Positions 1-9,931 of a stretch of 64,000 bases of DNA are shown here, piece after piece. This DNA is from Vicugna vicugna (taxonomy: Eukaryota). The stretch is taken from assembly GCA_013265495.1 (NCBI GenBank), contig MU058009.1, positions 3,367,780 to 3,431,779 of the forward strand. The letters run 5' to 3'. The first letter of the stretch is position 1, and each line of letters opens with the position of its first letter. The notes beneath the pieces are model-generated. The model had not been told where the DNA came from and ran no database searches. It was given only the letters and a program-made list of their open reading frames with translations. The translations under genes and the position numbers were made by a program.

Positions 1-304
1 ACCTCAAGGAGAAAGGCTCCATATCCCATTACCAATCCAATTACCTGGCACTTGCAGGTTAGATGGGAACTGCCGGACCGGAACCCAGCAGCGGACCATT
101 TGCCTCTGTGTCTTGTCCCTGACAGTCCTCGGGCCCGGGAGTCCCACTCGGACGCTTCTGTGAGTCCGCAGACGCGCCAGCTCGCTCACCTTTACGGGAA
201 GGAGTGGAGCTGCTCGTGGGGGTGGTGGGCGGCACAGAAGCCCACTGCTGCCTGGAGTGCCCACCCCGGCCCAGCCCCCGCACCCATATCCGTTAAGTCC
301 TTGA

Positions 305-878
305 ACCAGTGTTTACTGAGCAGCTCCTGTACATGAGGTGATGCTGGACACCAGACCCCCCGTGGTGGGCAGTCCCTGCTCTCATGGCTTTCACTGGGAT
401 GGGAGGATACAGGCAGTAGCAGTTCAGCAGGCAGACATGTATTATGACAATTGTTATAAGTGCCGTGGAGAAAAACAACACGATAAAGAAGATGGACGGG
501 GTGGGGAGTTGGTCCTCTGGCTCTTGGTGGCTTGGGGAGTTCTCCTGGACAAGGTGACATTTCAGCAGAGGCTTGAAGAAGCCTGTCTGAAGGCAGGTGT
601 GCGGCGGAGAGCGGTCCTCGCCCTCTGTACTGGGGGCTGGGAGAGGTCTTGGTGCAAGAAGCAAAAAAAAAAAAAAAAGCAAGTGCAAAATAGAAATACA
701 CTCGGTGCTTGAGAAATAGGGAACAGCAGGTGGCCGACGTGGCCGGAAGGAGGGTGCAAAGGGCGTGAGACATTCAGGGAGGATGCACGGCCCCGACCAC
801 CGAGGCTTCCTGGGCCGTCGCGTGGACTTTGGTTTTTGCTCTGCGCAACGCGGGAAGGCACTGGCGGGTTTGAGGAGT
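305..878 (-). mobile_element. Ancient L2 LINE 3' fragment
   Basis: Degenerate antisense L2 hallmarks: TTTACTGAGCAGCTCCTGT, GTCCCTGCTCTCATGG, GGTGACATTTCAGCAGAG, GGACTTTGGTTTTTGCTCT, GGGAAGGCACTGGCGGGTTT. Boundaries approximate. Confidence 0.7.
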
Positions 879-1881
879 AAAGACCACATCGTACCCGAGC
901 ATCCATTAAACATGTCTGCAGGTAAATATTTGTTGAATGAATACATGAAATACTTGCTGGGTGATTGAAAGAACAAACATCACCGAATCACACAAGTAAC
1001 TACGCAGAGACAAAGAGTTCCTAGAGTAACATCCTGTGTCCATATTTGCTCAGAAGAGAGGGATGTCTTCCCACTGAGAGAGCAGTTAGCTGTCTGCTAC
1101 TTTGCCTTTTGTCCTCCAGATGGAGGGTGGGTCTTGGCGCAAGGTGCAGAAACGTGGAAGTACCCAGGGCAGGGGCAGGAAGCGTGCAGCCCTGTATCCT
1201 CTGGACAGAGATGCAGGACAAGGTGCTGCTTGGTTTGGTGTGAGGTGCTCGCTATGTGCCCCTGCCCGGATGTCTAGGTGCCTTCTGCCCCAGGGCTTGG
1301 AATTCCACATCTCAGGTCCGTCCTTTTCTTGAGCCTTGAAAACAACTTCATTCCTTAAGAATGTCCCCTCACACAGGATGGGGGTAGATCCCTTACCCTG
1401 TACTCCTCTTTGTACCAAGTCTCCGTCAAATGTCACCCTTAAGATGCCTTTTGTCACTCTTCTTCCGACCTCCCTCCCTGCAGGACCCGCAGCTTCCCTC
1501 TGCCCTCACTGCCCCCTGGACCACGGTCTGCACCTCCCGCCCTTTCTGACCCCGGACTCCTTGATGCGGGGAAAATTGCTGTCCGTCTTCGTCCTCCTCA
1601 CCCAGCGGGGTGTCTGCGCTCATAGCGGTTTTCTTTCTTTCCCTTCTTTCCTTTGCATCTTTTCGGCCGTCTTTCCCCCTTGTTTTCTTGCTTTTGTCTT
1701 TAATTTAGCGGGGTGACTGTCGTCAAGAGAGCACGTGTGCAGTTTGGCAAGTCCTTGGGCACATCACGTGCGTGCGAGGTTTCTGCTGAGCCCTGCGCCA
1801 CCCGGCTGATTGGATTTTTTAAAGCTTTTGTTTTTATTTATTATCGAGGTAGCACGTGATCACGATAAAAAGTTAGAAAAT

Positions 1882-2359
1882 AAGTTATGGTGTGTGTATA
1901 CAGTGGAACACTACTGGCCATAAAAAAGAATGAAATAATGCCATTTGCAGCAACATGGATAGACCTGGAGACCGTCATTCTAAGTGGAGTAGGCCAGACG
2001 GAGAAAGACAAACACCGTATGACATCACTTATGTGTGCAATCTAAAAGCTGACACAAATGAACTTATGTACAAAACAGAGACAGACTCACAGACATAGAA
2101 AACTTATGGTTACCAGGGTGGGAAAAGGAGTCGGGAGGGATAAATTGGGGGTTCGGGACTTGCAGGTATACACTACTATATATAAAATAGATAAACAACA
2201 AGGTCCTACTGTACAGCACTGGGAACTACATTCATATCTTGTAATAACCTATCATGAAAAAGAATATGAAAAGGAATAATATATATATATGTAACTGAAT
2301 CACTATGCTGTACACCAGAAATTACCACAACATTGTAAATCAACTCTACCTCAATAAAA
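1882..2359 (+). mobile_element. 5'-truncated L1 (ORF2 end + 3'UTR, artiodactyl type) with perfect TSD
   Basis: GCCATAAAAAAGAATGAAATAATGCCATTTGCAGCAACATGGATAGACCTGGAG; ends in CAATAAAAAAAAA; 15-bp TSD AAAAAGTTAGAAAAT at 1867-1881 and 2360-2374. Confidence 0.95.
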
Positions 2360-2523
2360 AAAAAGTTAGAAAATGTAAGTAAACCTTCTGAATATAAAAC
2401 TCAGCTCTAGTTTAACATCCCAAGAAAACACCTGTTAATGTTTGAATGGTTTTCCTTCTGAGCTCTTTTACAAAAATGCAGGCCTTTCAGAGGCCCGACC
2501 TGCTGGGTTACGTGCAAAAACCA

Positions 2524-2550
2524 GGGGAGGGGGAGGGGGAGGGGTGGGGG
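2524..2550 (+). other. G-quadruplex-forming motif
   Basis: GGGGAGGGGGAGGGGGAGGGGTGGGGG: five G4-G5 runs with 1-nt loops. Confidence 0.75.
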
Positions 2551-3368
2551 CCCCGCAGGCGCTGGGGTGGTATTGACGGGCCACCCACTGCCCGGCTCTG
2601 ATCCCAGCCCTGGGCGTTTCTTTTCCCTTGTCAGACCGAAGGGCCCAGCTGACCATCGATCTCGTGGGCTTGAGCTGTCGGAGCCACCGGCGGCGTGGCA
2701 TTCTGATGTCAAACAGCCCAGTGCTTCTGAACAACCCCCACTCCCCGCACGTCACCTCCTTCCCCAGACTCCCCGGTGCCTGCTCTCCTGCCTGATTAGG
2801 TCCCAGGCGTCTCGCTGCGTACCTGACAGCCCTCAGTCACGGAATCCATAAGTATCTGCCTTCACCGGGGGCTCCACGGCCTTGACTCAATTACCCACCT
2901 GAATGTCACCACTTAATTGACTGAACTGACGGAAAAACAAACCCGTGCTGATCGATAGAGAAATAATTTTGCAAATTGTGGGCATAAATCTTCAGAGATC
3001 TGTGTGCACTGCCATTTGTTAAAATGCTGAAAAGGTAAATCAATTTTCTTTATTAAAACACAATTGCTTCATCTATTGCTAGTTTACGTGGAGGCCGGGA
3101 GGCAGGGTGTGGGGAGGGGACGGGAGAAGGGGGAGAAGGCTTGGAACTGCTTTTTGCCCTTCATTCAGGGGTCATTTGTTAGTCTAAAAGGGTCAAGTGT
3201 AGGGGAGGAGAGGCGAGCCTTCAGGCTGGCAGATGCTTTTAAGTTGAAAGAACAAGCGGTCCCGGGCTAGTGTGATGTGTAGGGAAGATCAGCCTGAGAC
3301 TGTGAAGGGTGCTAAGGATAAAACAAACAAACAACAAACAAGAAATCTCTTCTCCCATCATTCCAGAG

Positions 3369-3660
3369 TGTATCAGGCAGGGTAAGTTAGATTAAAGCTG
3401 TGGTAACAAACTCAAAACCGCCACAACGCTTGAAATAACAAAGTTTTATTTTTCGTGTACGGTGTAGAGCCGTTGTTTGCCAGCAGGGACCCGGCTGATG
3501 GAAAAGCCACCGACTCAGATTCAATTCGCCCAAAATGAGGAGAGGACAGGTGGATGGCACATCGGTGACGTTGGTCCTTCTGCTCCTCGTTCCGTTGGCC
3601 AGGAAGTGGGGACAGGGGTGCACCCTCCCATCAGAGGCGAGGGTCGGAGCACCTGGGAGC
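3369..3660 (-). mobile_element. Old MaLR (MLT1-type) LTR fragment
   Basis: TGTATCAGGCAGGGTAAGTTAGATTAAAGCTGTGGTAACAAAC...AAATAACAAAGTTTTATTTT resembles the reverse complement of an MLT1 3' end. Confidence 0.55.
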
Positions 3661-4889
3661 AGCTCTGTGGACCCCACACCGCAGCCTGGAACCTCTGTTT
3701 TAGGGCATCTTTAATTGGTGAGTAACAAAGAAAGGAAGCTACAGCACATAGGAGAGCGGAACAGAGAGGTGACTGTGTGATCACATCGCAGAAGCGTCTT
3801 TTCTTGGGTCTGACACAGGCGATGTTGTTTTCCCTGCATTTTAATGTGTCCAGCACTGGGCTCAGGCGTCAGAATGCACGGTCTCATTTAATCCTTGCAG
3901 CAGCTCGCTCTCTGGTGTCCTCATTTTGCAGATTTGGGAGCTCTTTCCCTGCCACAGTGAAGATCATCACGATTCTGGTCCATTGTGGACCCTTAGGTCC
4001 CTCCCCTCACCTGTCACGTCAGGGAAATTTTCAAGGACCAGACACTGCTGGTGGCCTCTGTAGAGTCACTTGCCTTTTCTGGGCCTCGGTTTCCTCACTA
4101 GCTAAAAAAATGACAAAGATGGACCAAAGTGGTCTCTGAGATCCTTTCCCCTTCTCTTGCTCTGTTAAATTTGAATGACTTGCACCATTTTAATGGTTTT
4201 GCCCCTGGGCTAACTGGGTGGCCGAGGACTGTGCCTTTCTGGGGTCCGTGTGCACAGAAAGTGCCCTCTGAGTCGCACTTGAGGAAGACTAAAACCAGAG
4301 GAGGCCACGCTGTAAATCCACAGTGTCGTTGTATATCATATTGTTCAGCTAAAGGCTTTCCAGTGTCAAACAAACTACTGTTAATGTGGAATTTCAAGAG
4401 GCGTTTGGTGGCTCCCACGTAACAGAGCCTGTGGTCAGGAGGGAATTATCTGAGGAGGGAGGTTCTGGAAGCAGGGTGTCAAGGCGCATTTTGCTGAGCC
4501 TCACGGCCATAGAACATATTTGGGGTTTGTACGCCCCGTCCCATAATGGATCTCAAAACCACCAGAAAGCAGGGCCCTGCAGACGACCCCCCTGCTTCTA
4601 ACTGCTTTGCTCCAAACAGACATGGACACAAATAATGCAAGTCCCCTTGGCCAGACCTGGGAGGCCGGGGTCATGGGCGGTGTCCTCTGTGGATTAGGCA
4701 CGATGGAGGGAGAGAACCCGGGACCCGGTGGACTGAGGGGCACCCAGCCGTCACCGCCTGTGGCGGGACGGTGGCAGGGAGCGCGTGCCGGTTCCGCTCT
4801 GGGTGCCCGAGACGCTGGGGCCCAGGCTCTCCTCTCCAGGTACTCACTCTGGCCGGAAGCTGTTCTCAGCCCTTTGCGAGCTGATTGAA

Positions 4890-5010
4890 TTTAATCCTTT
4901 TACCATCAACACTTTGCAGAGGAGAAAGCCGAGGAACAGAGTTTAAGGAACTTGTCAAACACACGCAGGCAGCGGGTGATGGAGCCAGAACTCACGGCAA
5001 GACTGTGACT
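4890..5010 (-). mobile_element. MIR fragment
   Basis: CACTTTGCAGAGGAGAAAGCCGAGGAACAGAGTTTAAGGAACTTGTCAAA resembles the antisense MIR core. Confidence 0.6.
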
Positions 5011-5959
5011 TTACACCCTCAGTCTGGCTCTGCAGCCTCCGTGGGGCCGGGCCATTAAAAGTCACCGCATCTAGACACCATGTAGAGACTGCCAGGAGGT
5101 GACTGTCCAAGCCCCAGGCCCTGGGGGACCTGGGCGACCTGTTGCAGCTGTTTCTCCAGCTGGTCTGACTGCAGGGCTCAGTTCCCTGGGGTCCCAGCCG
5201 GTGGGAACGGTGCGGCCATCATTTCTGTTTCCTAGCAACACAGTGTCCGGTACACAGTAGGTGCTCGTTAACAGTTTCCTAAGAGGATAAGCGTGGTTAG
5301 ACTGGGCTCCATATTTTAGAGAAGATTTGAGAAATCTAGGGATGGGTCATTGGGTAATTTAAAGATGGTTAAACGGAAATCCAAACACTTGAAGGGTTGA
5401 GAAGAAAACATAGTCTGGCTTTTTGTTTTTGGGGAGATAGGGGAACAGTTTGGCCTTTCAGAGGCTCCTACACAGCGTTTTGCACCCACTTAAAGTTTCT
5501 GGAGCCTGCACCGTGAGTCAGATGCTGTTCTTTGCCCTGGGGTGGCGGGGCCCCCACATAAGTCCCTCCCTTTCTGGGACCCAGTCCCTGGCGCCCTTGC
5601 CCTGTGCCAGATGCAGGGGTGCCTGAAGGCTGCTCGCATCTAGGATGTTCCTGCCCTGGTCCTGGTGGCTCACGGACAGTGGGAGGCTCAGCTGTTCCTC
5701 CACATCTTTCAGCAGAGCATTGCTGCTGCAGGAGCTTGGCCCAGAGAGAAGAGAAATCTTGTGTCTGTATCGGGGGAACTAGCTCAGGGAATCCAGCTAA
5801 TTATTTTTCAATTCCATACCGAGTTTTCAGCAGTTTTCATGGAATCCCAGGCTTCTGAGGGGCTGCAGGAGCCTGGAGAAGGGGGAGACGGGGAGGTGGA
5901 GCAAGGGGCCAGGGTTTCCTGCCGCACTGTGACTGCAGCAGCTCCGCGTGGGTCTGTAG

Positions 5960-6070
5960 ATGCTGGGGTCCCAGATGAGACCTGCGCATTTCACCTCTGC
6001 TGCTCATTGCCTGTGTGTCCTTGGACAAATTCCTTAAACTCTCCGTTCCTCCGTTCTCTTGTAAAAAAAT
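5960..6070 (+). mobile_element. MIR fragment
   Basis: CTGTGTGTCCTTGGACAAATTCCTTAAACTCTCCGTTCCTCCGTTCTCTTGTAAAA resembles the sense MIR core. Confidence 0.6.
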
Positions 6071-6089
6071 AAAAGGACTTTTGGTGGCA

Positions 6090-6227
6090 GGGGAGGGCAC
6101 AGTGCAGTGGTAGAGTGCGTGCCTAGCATGCATGAGGTCCTGGGATCAATCCCCAGTCCCTCCATCAAGAAAAATAAATCAATAAAACTAATTACCTCCC
6201 CCTCCAAAAAAAAGTTAAAAAAAAAAA
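6090..6227 (+). mobile_element. tRNA-Ala-derived SINE (camelid Vic-1-like)
   Basis: GGGGAGGGCACAGTGCAGTGGTAGAGTGCGTGCCTAGCATGCATGAGGTCCTGGGATCAATCCCCAGTCCCTCCA (A/B boxes of a tRNA-Ala head), followed by CTAATTACCTCCCC and an A-rich tail; same layout as the copy at 50276. Confidence 0.9.
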
Positions 6228-8378
6228 GAATCTACTCCTTCAAAAAAACACACACAAATGGCTTTAAAGACCAAAAAAAGTGAAATAAAAATAAAAGGAT
6301 CTGCTCCTTCAAAAACACACACACACATGGCTTTAAAGTCCCTATTTAGGATTTTGCCGGGGTAGGAATGAGAAATCGGCTGCTGCACTGATTTCTGAAA
6401 ACAAAATGTTCCCTGGTGCGGAGGTGCAGAGAGCAGCCTGGGCTCCTCGGACAAAGACCTGGAAGCACCAGCGGCCCAGGGCAGGAGCCGGCTGGGTTTC
6501 CCTGCAGCGGAGGAGAGAGTGAAGCGGAGCAGGGGGCATGAGCCGCACCTGAGGGCACCTCCTGGGGGACGGGGAGGCTCACGGGCCTGGGCCCGCCGCC
6601 TCCTCAGCCTCTGTGCTCCTGGCTGATGACCAGTCAGAGAAAGGAGATGGGAAACTGTGGGCTCTGAGGCCGAGAAGCTGGGTTCAAATTCTCATGACAG
6701 CGCAACATACCCAGCAGAATGGGGGCATTTTAAACCCTCCCTGTTTGTGAGCCCCGTAGGTATTAACTGATGGGTGTGTGAGCAATGCATCTATCTTGGG
6801 GTCAGCACATTTTAGCTGAAACCATTTTGACCAACCAAGTAACCTACTGAGAAGAAAGTCACTGGGGGGGGCGCCCCCCACTGCCTTCAGGAGTGTCCTC
6901 TGGCGGGGACGCCATCAGACGGAACGTGTAAAACAGACAACACAGAGCGGGTCAGCTCGGCGTGTGGAGGAGGCGGGCGGCGACATCCCGGGAAAGCTGG
7001 CACGAGTGGAGGGACTTGCTCGGGCGCCCGGAAGCGAGTGTGTGGATTATCGTGTGGAGGGAGAGAGGAGGGGGCCGGCTGCCCTGGTGTCCAGGGCCTG
7101 GTGCCTGGCATCACGGGGCCCTGCCTGCCCGCCCATCAGCCGCAGCGGGAGGACAGGCTGGGCCTGAGAGGAGCAGGCCGAGGTTCCGCAGGGACTTTCT
7201 GGTGATGGAGGAGAGAAGTGATGGAGGGTCCTCGGGAGCTGCTGGTCCGGCTGACAAGGTACTGGAGTGGTGACCAAAAGAGGTGAGGAAGACAGAAACA
7301 CAGGAGAAGCCCGCCTCCGTCAGGCTGGGGAGACCGGTGGTCTCTCTTTTGATGTCACAGAGATCTTCCCTCCCCTTCACTTTTTCAGCGTCACCGGAGA
7401 GAACACCAGGTTGGCACCTCTCTTCGCGGCTCGGCCCCTTTGACCCTGGACTTGCTGACCTCCCGTGTCAGGAAGGTGGGGCTTCCTCCGGCTCGTCTTT
7501 GTGACCTTGCTCGGGGTGCAAGGGGTTACCCTGAGGGACAGCTCCTTCTGGCTGGAGTCTGAAGGTGCCAGAGTTGGGGCGGGCGGGGGTCTCTCCGAGG
7601 CCCAGCTCAGCCCTTGTCCTGGTGCACTGGTCCCCGCACAAACCCCTGGCCTGTCCGTCTTACTCCTTCCCTCGCACTTTTCCTTCTTTTCGTTTTCTCT
7701 GTCAGTACAGGTAACCCAGCTTCTCCTGAAGCAACGAGCGCAGGTTTTTGATATTTCCTTTATGTGTAACGTAGACGTGAATTATCTGCATCGTAGTCGT
7801 GAGAAACCGAGGATTTAGAGCATTTAGCGAGGACTAGAGTCAGGCTGCAAGTAACACAAACCCCCCAATAACAGCTATTGTACAGAAAACATAGAAAATC
7901 ACGCTTGGAAGTAGGCAGTCCCGGCGCAGTGTGACCGCGCCCAGAGGCGTGAGGTGTCCAGGCTCCACCATTGCCGGGTGTGGCCCTCATCCCGATGGCC
8001 CCATGGCGGCAGCTGGAAACGGCTCCAGCCGGCGTGTGTGTGTCCCAGGCAGCAGAAAGGAGAAGTCGGCAAGAGAGGACCAGCTCTCACGCGCCCGCCC
8101 CTTTCGTCTCATTAGCTGGAGTTTGGCCTCGTGGCCTCACCTAGCTTCAGGGAGGCCAGCAAAATGCTGCCTTTGATCCAAGTGGCCGTGTATAAACTAA
8201 AAACAGGAGTTTCATGATTACGGATGAGGTAGGTAACAGATATTGGGGTGGGCAACTAACAGTGTCATACACGTGTGTCTTGCCTGGAGCCCCAGACCAG
8301 CAAGGGAAAGAACTTAAACCCGGGTCTTTGACTTAAAGTCCGACTCTCTTTCCAGTACCCGGGGGAGCCCCAGGGAAA

Positions 8379-8408
8379 ATGGTAGGCAGGTACATGGTAG
8401 GCAGGTAC
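8379..8408. repeat. Perfect 15-bp tandem duplication
   Basis: ATGGTAGGCAGGTAC x2. Confidence 0.9.
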
Positions 8409-9774
8409 GGGCGGAACCCTGGCCCAGGAATGAGCTACGTTCTGTTCTGAAGGATTGTCCCGTCTTTGAGTCTTTGAGAAAGCTAACCTATGAAATACAT
8501 AATAGTATTAAAAGTGTATGCGCATCGAGAGAAGGTGCATTTACATACAGTAACTGCATCAGGAGATGAAAAGACAGGGGCGCGTCTGCGTGGGCAGGAG
8601 CTGCCAGGGATGGTTCCAGGACTGAGGGTTTGAGGCCAACTTTGAGGGCTGGCGCGCTTCATGTGGGGAGAGAACACGGGCTCTTTGATGGGGAGCTGGT
8701 CCGAGAGGTGGGTTCCATGTCTTTCGAGGACAGCGTGACCCTAACAGAGGAATTATGCTCAACTGACATCCGAGCTAAAATAATAGAAGAAAATAAAATG
8801 CAGACCCTTTCCTCCGCACACATACACTCTGGAGCTCCTTGCTGCAGTCACAGCATCAGCCCACAGCCCCTCCTGCAGGAACAGTGACGGCTAACGCCTA
8901 GCGAGTGCTTCTGTGGCCTGTGCCTGCGTGGGTGACTCACGTGTCCCTCTCAGTCTTCAGGAGGAGGAATCACGTGGCTTTTGCTTCACGGTCCAGCACC
9001 CGAAGCACGCCGAGCGAGCGCCGGCGTTCAGACTTCCGCGCTCTGACTCCGAATCCTCATTCTTCACACGCGCTGGGCCAGCCTTTCCTGCAGGAGCTCT
9101 TGTCTTTGCGAGCAGAAACCTTTACAGCTGTGGACTGAGAGGTGTTCCTGCTGTAAGAGAAGCAGTGCCAGGGATCATGGCGTCGTACTTGTGGGGCTGA
9201 GGCCCTGCGAGCCCTCGGGTCAGGAGAGCCTGACCATGGGAGCTGATTTGCTGTTGGATGTCTGATCCTGGGTAAGATGCTCGTGTCCAGGCCTTTTGGA
9301 CACAGCAGCTCTTCTGGTTCTGAAAACAAGCATGAACAGAGTGAGGCCCAGAGACGTGGGTCAGTCTTAGGGCTTCCGTGGTCCTGGTCTCTGCGCTTGG
9401 GTGTGCTCCGGGGTTGCCGGTTCGATTCTACAAAGCTCTGCCGCACTGGGCCAGGACTCACACCCTTCTCATCCCCTGTCGTCCCAGTTAGGAGAGTAAC
9501 AGGTGGACCCAGGACCCGCTCAGGATGGCAGCAACAGCTCCGCCCTGCGGGTTCCAGGTGTCACCCCTAGCTCTTACAGCAGCAGTGCTGGAGGCCCGCG
9601 GCTCCCAGCGAAACCCGCGTCCACGACCACGTGTAGGCAGTCTGCACCTGTTCCCCAGGCACTTGCTAAGCTCCTACTGCGTGCCACCCGTCGTATGGTG
9701 CCCAGAGACACAGGGGTGACTAGGATACTGGCCTCCGCTCCGTCAGGGTAGAGAGTCTTAGCCTGAGCTGCATG

Positions 9775-9931
9775 AACAGTTTCCGGTGGGTCTGTAAACA
9801 TGCTGAAACTGGGTGCTACGTTTTGTATTATCTGCTAAGGTGCTCGCATTTTCTTTCCCTAGGGAGAAATTTCATCATTGTCATCAAATTCTGTAAGAAG
9901 CTCATAATCCAGGAAAGGTTATGAATCACTG
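9775..9931. mobile_element. hAT-Charlie DNA transposon fragment (MER103-like)
   Basis: TCATCAAATTCTGTAAGAAGCTCATAATCCAGGAAAGGTTATGAATCACTG resembles the MER103C terminus (GGTTAAGAACCACTG). Confidence 0.6.

Noticed and set aside
6090..6164. tRNA-Ala gene (also 50276-50348)
   Set aside because: Stems are mutated, and both copies carry SINE-type tails and TSD-like flanks, so they are SINEs rather than tRNAs.
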